Shown here piece after piece: positions 1-12,170 of a stretch of DNA of 64,000 nucleotides. A program made the position numbers and the translations under genes. Under the pieces are notes generated by a model. The model was not told the origin of the DNA. It worked only from the letters and a program-made list of their open reading frames with translations, and searched no databases. This DNA is from Octopus vulgaris (Eukaryota). Where the stretch lies: the NCBI GenBank assembly GCA_951406725.2, contig OX597836.1, forward strand, positions 19,468,001 to 19,532,000. The letters are read 5' to 3'. Numbering within the stretch: the first letter of the stretch is position 1; each line of letters opens with the position of its first letter.

Positions 1-950
1 TTGAGAATGTTGTAACCAGGTCAAGGCTCTTTTCCATCTGATGCATATTCTTTGCATAAAGTTTTAAGTAATCCACAAAGAAACAGTGTGTAATTTTGGT
101 ATTTATGTTTCTTTGTGAACCAGTGAGATACCCTTCAGACTTCTTTAACATGAATGACAAGGGGTTTACAGAAAATATAAACAGCATCACAGAGAGGCTG
201 TCCCCTTGGAACATTCCTCTGTGATACTGTATTCTATCAGCGATAATACAATCACTACTTGCATTTAACTTCAAGACTGTGGCCCATGATGAAGTCAGGT
301 CAGCTATGGCTTTGACTACACTTACTGGAACTTTAGCAAGTTGAAGGGATTCTAGCATTCATGAGTGGGAGACAGAGTCAAAGGCTGTCTTCTTGTCCAG
401 CCCCATTGAAACTAGGTTCCTTCTATGCTCCCACACCTCTGACATTACAGATTTGTAATTACCTTCTTCACAGCTGCTTGTTCTGCTGTGAGGGTGTTAT
501 TACTTTCACAATGGAGGAAGAGGTTTAAATATGCTGTATATATCTTCTACATCAGTGGTTTTCAACCAGGGTTCCGCGGAACCTTAGGGTTCCGCCAGTA
601 CAGTCCAGGGGTTCCACAAGAAGTTACAAAACTGCTAAAATCGGCAGTAATTTTTAATTCTCCTGTGCAGATATGTGTGCATAAGACTATTAAATTATTG
701 CACAGGGGTTCCTCGAGCCAGTGGAATGTTTCCTTGGGGTTCCGCTCCAGCAAAAAGTTTGAAAAGCACTGTTCTACATTAAGTTCTGGCATGCTCTTGG
801 CCCGGTAGTTTTTTGCTATGTGGGTGGTTCTGCTTTTGAGGATCAGTTTTGTGTGTACTAGAGCTAACCAGTGGGATATGTTACTATTCTTATTGAGAAC
901 TTGCTGGTATAGGTTGATAAGATATGGTCAGTAGAAGATTAGCATCTTGC
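1..950 (-). mobile_element. Decayed R4/Dong-clade non-LTR retrotransposon, reverse transcriptase fragment
   Basis: Manual minus-strand translation gives KNYRA...LDKKTAFDSVSHS*MLESL...RIQYHRGMFQGDSLSVMLFIFSVNPLSFML...ITHCFFVDYLKLYAK (RT motifs with stops and frameshifts). Interrupted by a MITE at 553-771. Confidence 0.85.
553..771. mobile_element. hAT (Charlie-like) MITE
   Basis: TIRs CAGTGGTTTTCAA / TTGAAAAGCACTG; exact 8-bp TSD TTCTACAT at 545-552 and 772-779. Confidence 0.9.
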
Positions 951-960
951 ACCAGTGCGT

Positions 961-1000
<40 letters not shown>

Positions 1001-1199
1001 ATGTAGGTATCACCCTCACTGTTTTAATGTCCACTTTTCCATGCATGCATGGGGTGAAATGGAATTCATTCCAAGGGATTTTTCTACAGCCAGATACCCT
1101 AATTGTTACTAAACCCCACCTGTTTCCAAGCAAAATAAACCAGCTATTGTCCAAGATGCACTATTCCTATTACATATGTTACTCTACATATGGAAACCC

Positions 1200-1231
<32 letters not shown>

Positions 1232-1282
1232 ACTAAAAGTTAATATAAACAGCTAGGAGCAACATAATGCCATTTAGGAGAA

Positions 1283-1529
1283 ATTTAATCATCGCTAAAT
1301 GTGACTGAGGATGCCAAAGCACCTATATTGCTAGAAATAAGAGTCAAAAACTCTTAATGCTGTAAGAAGAGTGCCATATATATACACTGACAGGGGAGTG
1401 ATGGTCATGGGGCAATTACCTTCTCTGTCAATGTGTATATATTGTGCTCTTCGTATAGCATTAAGAGTTTTAACTCTTATTTCTAGCAATCTATGTGCTT
1501 CAGCACCCTCAGTCGCATTTAGTAACAAT

Positions 1530-1534
<5 letters not shown>
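1283..1534. repeat. ~250-bp imperfect palindrome (foldback/MITE-like)
   Basis: Left arm atttaatcatcgctaaatgtgactgagg...ttgctagaaataagagtc is the reverse complement of the right arm ...actcttatttctagcaa...ctcagtcgcatttagtaacaattaaat. Confidence 0.85.
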
Positions 1535-1565
<31 letters not shown>

Positions 1566-1633
1566 GGAGTAAACACATAAATGTGAAACAAGGTGGAAAA
1601 AAGAGTACTCAAATACCAGTGGTAGAGTAATAT

Positions 1634-1827
1634 GCTTTATTTAAAGCAGCAGAAAATTCAACAAAACCTGTTACTCTGAGTTTCCCGTTGCCGTTCATCG
1701 GACAGTTTTTGCTAGCAGAAACTCTCCGATGAACGGCAACAGGAAACTCAGCAAAAACTGTCCGATGAACGGCAACGGGAAACTCAGAGTAACAGGTTTT
1801 GTTGAATTTTTTGCTGCTTTAAATAAA

Positions 1828-1828
<1 letters not shown>
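1634..1828. ncRNA. Inverted-repeat cassette with variant minimal hammerhead ribozyme motifs (Penelope pLTR-like)
   Basis: The + copy at 1753-1800 reads CUGU-CCGAUGA-ACG(GCAA)CGG-GAAA-CUCAGA-GUA-ACAG. A mirror copy lies on the - strand at ~1662-1710 and a partial third copy at 1714-1749. Confidence 0.6.
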
Positions 1829-1866
<38 letters not shown>

Positions 1867-1939
1867 CACATATATATATTTCGTTTTGGGATTTGGTTTG
1901 CAAGATTCTTTATATGAGTTTGTGTGTTGAAGCATATTC

Positions 1940-2160
1940 TGTTGTGTCTGGGGAGAGTCATTTTCTTTTTGTACCTTATAATTTAACACACTCACTGGTG
2001 AAATTTCCACTTATTTCTTATTTTTATTTTCCTAAAATTTTTGTTGCGTCTTGCAACCTTTTCAATAGTCTTGACTCTCAAGAAATAAGTGGAAATTCTA
2101 CTGGTGAGTGTGTTAAATCATAAGGCACAAAAAGAAAATGACTCTCCCCAGACACAACAG
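1940..2160. repeat. Hairpin element with ~80-bp inverted arms
   Basis: 1940-2018 is the reverse complement of 2080-2160; flanked by (TA)n. Confidence 0.8.
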
Positions 2161-2199
2161 TGCATACATATACATATATATATATATATTCATACATAC

Positions 2200-2258
<59 letters not shown>

Positions 2259-2772
2259 CATACATATATACATATATATAGGCATCCCTACACTCATTTT
2301 GCTAAGAAGATTACATCGATTCTGAGAGATTTAGATTTTGATGAATGTTTTATTAATTGTGTGTGTTGGCATAGAAATTATACCATCGTACTAAAATATT
2401 TTGGTAAAACTAGAAATCTCTGTGAAATCTCCGGGTGAAATGAGAATTTGAAAAATGACTATTTAATTAAAAATGTCAATTAGATTGAGTCATCATTTAA
2501 AACTGGAAAAGCAAAAAAAAAAAAAAAAGAACAACAATAATAAAAAATTTGATTAAAAATCTAATAGAGATGCAAGCATGGCTATGTAATTAAGAAGTGT
2601 ACTTTCAAACAACACAGTTTTGGGTTCAGTTCCAGCATGCATCGTTTTGGGCTAATGTGTACTGCTATAGCCTTGGATCAAATAAAGCCTTGTGAATGGA
2701 TTTGGTAGAAGGAAACTGAAAGAAGCTTGTTATACACACACACACACATACACACAGAGCCATACATATCTA

Positions 2773-2813
<41 letters not shown>

Positions 2814-2856
2814 TAGCACTATGACCCAGATAGACAGATAGACATAAAGATAGATT

Positions 2857-2890
<34 letters not shown>

Positions 2891-3448
2891 CAGATAGATA
2901 TAGCTAGCTAGATAGACATAGATGTAGATAGATATAGATAGAAAGATAGATAGTCACAGAAGTCTTTAGAAGAAAGACAAAAAACGTAGTTCCAATACAA
3001 ACAACGTTTCTATAAGAAATGTAAAGAGTAAGATTTTCAAGCTAAAAATATGTAAGCCGTGACATTCGTGTACTTTCCCCAGGAACCCAAAGAAAGACGA
3101 CACAGCTGAACTGAAATAGAAGTGATGAATATGTAAATATTCATCAACGGTGTATTGTATACATATGTGTGTGCCTGTGTATCTAGCCACAGTTGCAATG
3201 TCAGATATACATGTGTGTGTCCAACCAGCCAGAGTTGCTATGTCAGTGCTGGAAGTTGACATTGAAAAACCTTTTTAAAGAAGTTAATCTTATATAAAAT
3301 TATATCATTTATTTTTAATGAAAAAATAAATCAAGACCTGTATCCGAGATCAAATTATTCATGCACTCCAAATATAGAACCAATTTGTGCAACTGTTTTT
3401 ATGTGAAAATTGAACAGAGAGAGGGAGAGGTCTATTTTATATATAAGA

Positions 3449-3486
<38 letters not shown>

Positions 3487-4141
3487 ACACACACACACAT
3501 ATATATATATAGTATATAAAAACATATATTGCATTTACTAAATAACATTTATCTCTCACCAGATGGAATACTTTTCTTTTTGCCCATACCATCAAGGAAC
3601 AGTACACTACATACATACATACAGAGAGGAAGGAAAATTTCTATGTATATAAATGTATATGTATAAGATGGTAGGAGTTTGCTCCCTTGCTTGCAATATA
3701 TACTGATTGCAGATTGTATTGCTTTTATATAGGTGCAACTCAACCTTGTTTCCGAGGTTATCAGAGTCTTCTTTTCTCCTGCTTCCTCCTCTCTTTGCAC
3801 CGGCTTTCTTCCACTTTCACCTATAGAATATACGTACAGTATCAAACATTAGCATGTCTCTCACTCCCGCTATCCCTCTGTCTTTCAACTTCTCCTATAG
3901 AAACTTGTTTTCTCTCTCTATTTCTTTCTCTCTTCTCCCTGTCTTTTTCTCATTCAGTGTTTCTCTTGCTCATATATATTCTCGAAAGATTATAATGTCA
4001 AATTTTTTGTGATGCAAATATGTAGATGAAAATAAAGTTTGATTGGTAGCTGAAAGATTACCAAATCTTTTGATACCTCATACATTGAAATCAGCAACTC
4101 AGTTTTCTCCACTGCTCTAACCACTTGGCCATGTGCCTCCA

Positions 4142-4398
4142 AATGTGCCCTTTTTTAAAGCCTAGCCAGGCTCATGGGCCCGGTTTCCCAGTTTCTATGG
4201 CATATGTGTTCCCCAGCTGGACGGGACGCCATTCCACCGCAGCATTACTCATTACTCATTACTCAGCTGAGTGGACTGGAGCAACGTGAAATGAAGTGTT
4301 TTGCTCATGAACACAATGCATCGCCCGGTCCAGGAATTGAAACCACAATCTTACGATCATGGTGCTGACACCCTAACCACTAAGCCACATGCCTCCAC
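4142..4398 (-). mobile_element. tRNA-derived SINE (V-domain-like 3' part)
   Basis: Minus-strand head GTGGAGGCATGTGGCTTAGTGGTTAG (A box) and GGTTTCAATTCC (B box); 3' part GGCGTCCCGTCCAG...AGAAACTGGGAAAC is shared with the copy at 43950-44248. Confidence 0.7.
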
Positions 4399-5441
4399 AT
4401 GCTTCTACGTAGCTTGACATGTCTTTTGAAGCACAGAAAACTGCCAGGAGTCTCGGCCCCTTGTCATCCCTTCTGTGAGTCCCAACGTTTGTAGATCCTT
4501 TCTCACCACTTTGTCCTACATCTTCGTGGAGTTTACCCCTTCCACATGTTCCCTCTCTAATTAGAGATTTGCACATGCCAAAATACACAAACTCACTATT
4601 GACCTTCACATTGATAAAATGTCTAAAAGGAAATAAGGAAGAAAATAATACTTTAATGATTCCTAAAAAAAAGGTAACCAAACACAACAAAAACAAAAAT
4701 ATATCACTATGTGCTATTTTTAGCTCAAGAAAAATTCCTCAACAAAAAATTCCTGAGCAAAAGCATCAGTTTCTACTATATTTACCATCCAGAGAAGTAT
4801 TAATTTAAGAACAAGCGGAAGAAAGTTCCATTCACCTCAGCTTATTGACAGAATTATTGCTAACAAAATGTTTTAGGATCTCATCGCAAAACAGAGTTGT
4901 TCCAGTCTTAGGAAAATGGAAATAATTCTATTCAAAGTTCTTATTCCTTCTTCTTTTTCTTCTTTTCCTCCTCCTTCTCCCCCTCCATTTCTGCCATCAC
5001 ACAACCTTTTCCCTCTTCCTCCACCACTTCTACCACCACCACCACCACCGCCACCGCTGCCGCCACCACATCTCCTCCTTTTCCCATGGAAGTTCAAATA
5101 GCTAATCCTGTGTCTAGCCAAAACTTTTCCCACTATGTTACATTCTTTGTGTTCCATGACCAGTGACTTCTGATCAGAAAGGTCAAATTTCTTGCAGTCA
5201 ATGGTGGAAAATTGGTAGAACCGTTAGAGCATAAGATAACCTAATTTGTACTATTAGTATTACAATCCATTTCTTTGCATTCTGAGTTCATACCCAGCCA
5301 AGGTTTTCTTTACGCATCATCTTTTTCTGGTTATCTTTTCTTCATTTTTTTACTTCAGTCATTAGACCGCAGCCATACTAGAGCACTGCCCTGAGAAATT
5401 TTTAGTCAGATGGTCAACCCCAGTACTTATTTCATTTTTAA

Positions 5442-5663
5442 CCCTTTAGCATTTAAACCGGCCATATCCGGCCAGAAGTATTCTGCCTGTTTTATGTTCA
5501 AACTGGCCAGATCTGGTCTCTCATACCAGCCCTACAATATCGTTTAAAAAATTAACAGCTACCTCATCAAAATCTCATAGCTACAAGATTAATGAATGAT
5601 TAGTTCAAGGCAGTGTGGATAAAAAAGGATTAATTTTGGCAGAATAATGCGAACACTAAAGGG
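5442..5663. mobile_element. piggyBac-type MITE inserted in a SINE
   Basis: TTAA|CCCTTTAG...CTAAAGGG|TTAA; near-identical copies at 44357-44574 and 56369-56589. Confidence 0.8.
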
Positions 5664-6219
5664 TTAAGCCTGGTACTTAATCTATTGGTCTCTGTTGCTG
5701 AACCGCTAATTTACAGGAATATAAAAACACCAACACCAGTTTTGAAACCATGTAGTTGGGAAGTAAGATTGTTACCAAATGGCCTTGCCTTCATCTACAT
5801 AAATAGTTGAATATAAACAGATGTTAGGAATTACTCAAGACATATCTATTCCATTAATCATTTGGTTCGCCAAATTATGTTTAAAAAAAAATTCAAAATA
5901 TTCCTAATTTCTCTGATTACATAAATTCTATGATTACAAGGTGTCGTCATCGTCATCATCATCATTATCATCATTTACCATCAGTTTTTCATGATGGCAA
6001 GCGTTAGATGATTTGACTGGAACTGGTAAGCTGGACAGTTGCACCAGGCTCCAGTCTGTTTTGGCTTGGTTTCTACAGTTGGATGCCTTTCCTGATGCTA
6101 ACCATTCCACAAAGTGTGCTAAGTGGCTTTTATGCGTCACTAGCATGGCTGCTATTAACATGTCACTGGCACAGGTGCCCACTACACGGCTGCTTTTTAT
6201 ATGAAATTGAAGTCGAAAT

Positions 6220-6675
6220 CAAACTCGGTGACTGGCATCCGTTGCTAGTGGAGCGCTAAGAGTACCATACAAGTGAGATCGTTGCCAGAGCAACAAGCTG
6301 AACTTTGTGCCGATGGCACGTTAAGCACACCATTCGAGCGTGATCGATACCGCATTGCCTTACTAGCACTTGTGCTGGTGGCATGTGAAACATTCGAGCG
6401 AGGTTGTCACCATTGCCGCTGGACTGGCTCCTGTGCAGGTGGCACATAAAAAGCATCATTTGGGCATGGTCGTTACCAGTACCACCAAACTGGCCCTGTG
6501 CCGGTGGCACGTAAAAGCACCCACTACACTCTCGGAGTGGTTAGCATTAGGAAGGGCATCCAGATTTAGAAACTCTGCCAGATCAGATGGGAGTCTGGTT
6601 CGCCAGACCTCAGTCAAATCGTCCAACCCATGCTAGCATAGAAAGCGGACGTTAAATGATGATGATGATGATGAT
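6220..6675 (+). mobile_element. RTE-type LINE 3' UTR/tail repeat (family C)
   Basis: Tandem GTGCCGGTGGCAC...AAAGCACC units, then AGGAAGGGCATCCAG...GGACGTTAAA(TGA)n tail. Other copies at 8360-8905, 24118-24268, 24716-25180, 36235-36500, 40207-40600 and 41810-42178. Confidence 0.75.
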
Positions 6676-6929
6676 GTCACCAGCACAGGTGACTTTTACG
6701 TATCACTGGCATGGATGCCTCACATGTGTCACTGACACAGGTACCTTTCACATGTCATCGGCACTGGCCACAACCACCTCACTTAGTTTGATGTGCCTTC
6801 TCAGGCACAGCAAATCACCAAAGTCTCAGTTAACAAATCACCAAAAGTCTCAGCGTATACAAAGATATTCAAAATTATTTTGTATGCTTTTACATAACAC
6901 TAAATTTATTGTAATACATAAGCAATGGA

Positions 6930-7620
6930 AGGCAGCGAGCTGGCAGAAATGTTAGCATGCCAGGCGAAATACTTAGTGGCATTTCGTCTGCCGTTACGTT
7001 CTGAGTTCAAATTCTGCTGAGGTCAACTTTGCATTTCATCCTTTTGGGGTTGATAAATTAAGTACCTATTTCTTTACTACCCACAAGGGGCTAAACACAG
7101 AGAGGACAAACAAGGACAGAGAAACGGATTAAGTCGATTATATTGACCCCAGTGCATAACTGGTACTTATTTAATCGACCCCGAAACGATGAAAAGGAAA
7201 GTTGACCTCGGCGGAATTTGAACTCAGAACATAGCGGCAGACAAAATACCGCTAAGCATTTTGCCCGGCGTGCTAACGTTTCTGCTAGCTCCCCGCCTTA
7301 TCGGGGTTGATAAATTAAGTACCAGTTGATAAATTAAGTACCTATTTCTTTACTACCCACAGAGAGAAACGGATTAAGTTGATTATATCAACCCCAGTGC
7401 ATAACTGGTACTTATTTAATTGACCCTGAAAGAATGAAAAGCAAAGTCGACCTCAGCGGAATTTGAACTCAGAACATAGCTAAGCATTTCGCCCGGCATG
7501 CTAACGTTTCTGCCAGCTCCCTGCCTTATCGGGGTTGATAAATTAAGTACCAGTTAAATGCTGAGGTCGATCTAATCAACTGCCCCAACCTCCACAAAAA
7601 CTTCAGGCCTTGTGTGTAGA
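6930..7620. mobile_element. Cluster of Meta-domain-like tRNA SINEs (family B) in both orientations
   Basis: GGCAGCGAGCTGGCAGAA head, GAGTTCAAATTC B box and TTTCATCCTTT(C)GGGGTYGATAAA..AAGTACC central domain. Other copies at 30455-30655, 39258-39657, 49228-49470, 58450-58650 and 63775-64000. Confidence 0.75.
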
Positions 7621-7652
7621 GCAGAAAAGAATAAATAAGCACTGAATCTGTC

Positions 7653-7964
7653 ATGCACACACATGCATACATATGCACACGTGCACACACACACACACAC
7701 ATACACGTACACACACACACATACACGCACACACACACACACACTAACACACACACACACACACACATACACGTACACACACACACACACACATACACGT
7801 ACACACACACACACACACATACACGTGCACACACACACACACTAACACACACACACACACACATACACGTACACACACACACACACACATACACGTGCAC
7901 ACACACACACTAACACACACACACACACACACACACGTACACACACACACACACACATACACGT

Positions 7965-8017
<53 letters not shown>
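7653..8017. repeat. Compound (CA)n microsatellite
   Basis: Seen directly; interspersed TACACGTA and CTAA variants recur. Confidence 0.95.
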
Positions 8018-8018
<1 letters not shown>

Positions 8019-8900
8019 TCCAAATTTTGCTATTATCCCCTCATGTTCGTGTCTGATTACCGTCATCATTATCACTTTATAATAATAATAAATGGCAAGA
8101 TTGTGTGCTTGTGAATCTGTTACTTTAACTCCTCTGAGACTATCCAACAGACCTTGATGAAACTTGACATGTGTGTGGCGCTTATGTCCGTGCGGTCACT
8201 TCACACACTTCAAATTTTTAAAAAAAATTGATTGTTAATCAGCATCGGTTTTTCAAAAATCGTAAAAATTCAGCAATTTTCGCACTCACCATTGTGACAT
8301 CAATCTGAGAAATAATGGCAAAATTTGATGAAAAATGTTTCATGGCATTCAACAGACATCTTCATCGTTTAATGTCCGTTTTCCATGCTAGCATGGGTTG
8401 GACGGTTCGACCAGTGTCTGGGAAGCCAGGAGGCTGCACCAGGCTCCAGTCTGATCTGGCAGTGTTTCTACAACTGGATGCCCTTCCTAACGTGAGTGTA
8501 ATGGGGTGCTTTTTGCATGCCACCAGCACAGGTGCCAGGGGAGGCTGGCAATGACCGCAATCGGTTGGTGCTTTTTATGTGCCACCGGCACGGAAGCCAG
8601 TCAAGGTGGGGCTTGCATCGACCACGTACGGATGGTGCTTCTTACGTGCCAGGGGAGGCTGGCAACGGCCACGATCAGTTGGTGGTTTTTATGTGCCACA
8701 GCACCGTCTGACACCTGTGCCGGTGGCACGTAAAAAGCACCCACTACACTCACGGAGTGGTTGGCGTTAGGAAGGGCATCCAGCCCTAGAAACATTGCCA
8801 GATCAGACTGGGTCTGGTGCAGCCTCCTGGCTTCCCAGACCCCAGTTGAACTGTCCAACCCATGCTAGCATGGAAAGCGGACGCTAAATGATGATGATGA

Positions 8901-8938
<38 letters not shown>

Positions 8939-8989
8939 CACATATAATCCACAGATGAAATCCAGAGATTCTCTGTACAGATGACACTA

Positions 8990-9575
8990 GTGCTCAAAAG
9001 ATTCAAACTTAGAGTGGAGTAAAAACCTACAGAATTGGTCCCTAGAGCAGTGCAAGAATGTTATTTTCTCGGACAAGTTGTGCTTTACCTCATTTCCAAC
9101 CACCGGCCGAGTTTACGTGTGGAGACAGCCAAAAGAAGCATTTGACCCAGACTGCCTTCTTCCAACTGTTAAACATGGAGGAGGATCTGAGATGATCTGG
9201 GGAGCGGGGTGGGCTATATCTTGGAAATCTGCTGGCCCAATGGTTTCCCTTCATGGCAGAATTAACAGTCTAGACTATTTAAGCATTTTATCTGATCAAA
9301 TTCATCCTAATGTTGCGGAACTGTTTCAAGAGGGAAACGCAATCTTTCAGGATGATAATGCACCAGTTCACACAGCTAAAGTTGTTACTGAATGGCACGA
9401 GGAATATTCTAGTGAAGTTGAACATCTTATCTGGCTACCACAGTCACCAGACAGTTCAATATTATTGAACATTTATGATGCATTTTAGAAAAACAAGTAA
9501 GGAGTCGATATCCTCCACCAGCATCACTACAAGAACTGGAGACTGTTTTAACTGAAGAATGGACAAAAGTTCCTT
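8990..9575 (+). mobile_element. Tc1-family (DD34E-type) transposase pseudogene fragment
   Basis: VIFSDK..GRVYVWRQPKEAFDPDCLLPTVKHGGGSEMIWG...IFQDDNAPVHTAK...WLPQSPD, then a frameshift to NIIEHL. Confidence 0.9.
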
Positions 9576-11519
9576 CCCCCACCACCGCTTGACAACCGGT
9601 GCTGGTGTGTTTACGTCTCCGTAACTAGCAGTTCGGCAAAAAAGAGCAATAGAATAAGTATGATGCTTAAAAAAAAAAGTCTTAGGGTCGATTTGTTCTC
9701 ATGACTGAAACAAGTAAGAGATAAAAGTGTGTGCATGTGTGTTTGTGTCCTGCCGCTTGTCAACCGGTATCTGTATTGTTTTGCTTATGATTTCTTGACT
9801 TAGAGGTTCGATATTCATAATAAGAGACCAATTGCAGAAGAACCAGACTTCAAATCAAAACTAGGCGACCTGGGGGTGCAGTGGTGTCTATTCGATCACC
9901 TTCCTAAATACTCTTCGTGACGGTGCCCAGTGTAATAACTGGGCAATATCCCTAAACAAATAAAGAATAAATATAAGAATAAAGGAGTAACAGCATATGT
10001 CATTTGATCGTGAACTCGCGTTGGGCTCTATTAATAAGTATTAAGAAGTGATTTGCCCACATAATGTACTTACAAGTTTGTTGTTCTATGTAAGTGAAGG
10101 AATGCAGAGATTTCGCTTAAAATGATTATTTGTATTTTGCTCTTATTCTTTTAGTCTGTATAAAATTGTAAGCCAAGTCTGCTTTTATTTCGTTCTTTGT
10201 TGAATACTTAAACACACCCAATCTATTTGTTATTAGTAACGTATTTCAACTATCAAAGATTCCGCTGAGGATCGATTTTGGAGCAAATCTTGATTAAACA
10301 AACACCAAGGGTCAATTCAAGAGACCACCACACCCTTCACCGCAAAATGTGAAGGCTTTGTACTTAGGAACGATGATTAATCGAGAGAGCATACCCATGT
10401 ATTTTATATATTTAGTAGTGTCATTTCGTTTTCTTCACCTCCCACCCGTTTTTTAATGTTTACTTTTGTAAATTGTTCTTTTTCGATTAAAGAAAAACAA
10501 CAAAGGTGGTTTACAAGAATCGTTTGAGCTTCGGACAAAATACCTTGTGTGTAGTATTTGTTACTGAGTTCGAATTGTGTCGTAGTCAACTTGGCCTTCC
10601 GTAATTCCGAGGTCGATAAATTTAAGTACCAGTGATGTACTAGGTTCGTTGATATCGACTAACCCCCTTTTCTCCTACTCTAAAAAATTTCCGACCTCAT
10701 TTCTAAATTAGAAATAATTATTATAAGAGCGCAGAATCGTTAGAATGTAGGGAAAATGTCCTTGCGACATTTCTTCTTGCTTATTACATTCTGAGTTCAA
10801 ATCCTGTTGAAGTCAGCTTTGTCTTTCATCTTTTTGAGATCGATAACATAAAATACCAGTCAAGTATTGAGGTCGATATAATCGACAAACTCCTTTCAAA
10901 ACTGCTGACATTGTACCTAAATTTGAAAAAAAAAAAATTATTAACGACTTAATCACTAGATAACCGATTAAGATATATTATAGTATATTAGTCTTGTCTT
11001 TGAGTTCTGAATTCAAATTATGCCGAGGTTGTTTCCCCCACCTTCTCACTTTTTAAAATACTTCTTGGGTCGATAAAATAATTAGCGACCATCACCATCA
11101 TCATCACCACTATCATCATCACCACTATCCTCACCACCACCATCGCCACCACCACATATCCTCATTAGCTACATAAAAAAGGCAGCAAAAACGGTAAAAG
11201 CGCCTTCCTAAGATGCCTTCTATTTATTTATGTTTATCAAAACCACCTGGGTACTTCAGAAGATATCTTTTATAGAATTCCATACAGCCAGCAGACGGGT
11301 TCACATATTTTACTTTCTCTCTAGACTTTGGTGAATATGGACGAAGCATAAACTTAAATAAATAAATAAATAACACAAAAAAGCTTCTTTGAGAACCAAA
11401 TGCGGCGGGTTTAATGAATGATTGTGGGCGTGCGTCCGTGTGTGTATGTGTATATATGTACTTGTATGTTAAATGTGTTCTCAAAGATCGGACACCGATC
11501 TTTGATATATGATCTTTCA

Positions 11520-11533
11520 TGTTCATTTATCTG

Positions 11534-11594
<61 letters not shown>

Positions 11595-11794
11595 TTGTCT
11601 ATCCATCTATCTACCCATCCATCTACCTGTCTGTCTGTCTATCAATCTATCGATTTATCTGTGTCTGTCTATCTATCTATCCATCCATCTATCTATCTGT
11701 CTGTCTATCAATCTATCGATTTATCTATCTATCTGTCTATTTATCTATCCATCCATCCATCCATCTATCTGTCTGTCTGTCTATCTATCTATCG

Positions 11795-11847
<53 letters not shown>

Positions 11848-12049
11848 TTGTCTATCCATCTATCTACCCATCCATCTACCTGTCTGTCTGTCTATCAATC
11901 TATCGATTTATCTGTGTCTGTCTATCTATCTATCCATCCATCTATCTATCTGTCTGTCTATCAATCTATCGATTTATCTATCTATCTGTCTATTTATCTA
12001 TCCATCCATCCATCCATCTATCTGTCTGTCTGTCTATCTATCTATCGAT

Positions 12050-12122
<73 letters not shown>

Positions 12123-12170
12123 CATCCATCCATCCAAATATATCTGTCTGTCTGTCTCTCTCTCTCTCTC
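11520..12170. repeat. (TCTA)n/(TCCA)n compound microsatellite with ~250-bp internal duplication
   Basis: The variant block CTATTTGTCTATCCATCTATCTACCC occurs at ~11591 and ~11843. Confidence 0.9.

Noticed and set aside
3735-3775. Minus-strand CUGAUAA..GAAAC hammerhead-like string
   Set aside because: Core mismatch, essentially no stem II and a poor stem I.
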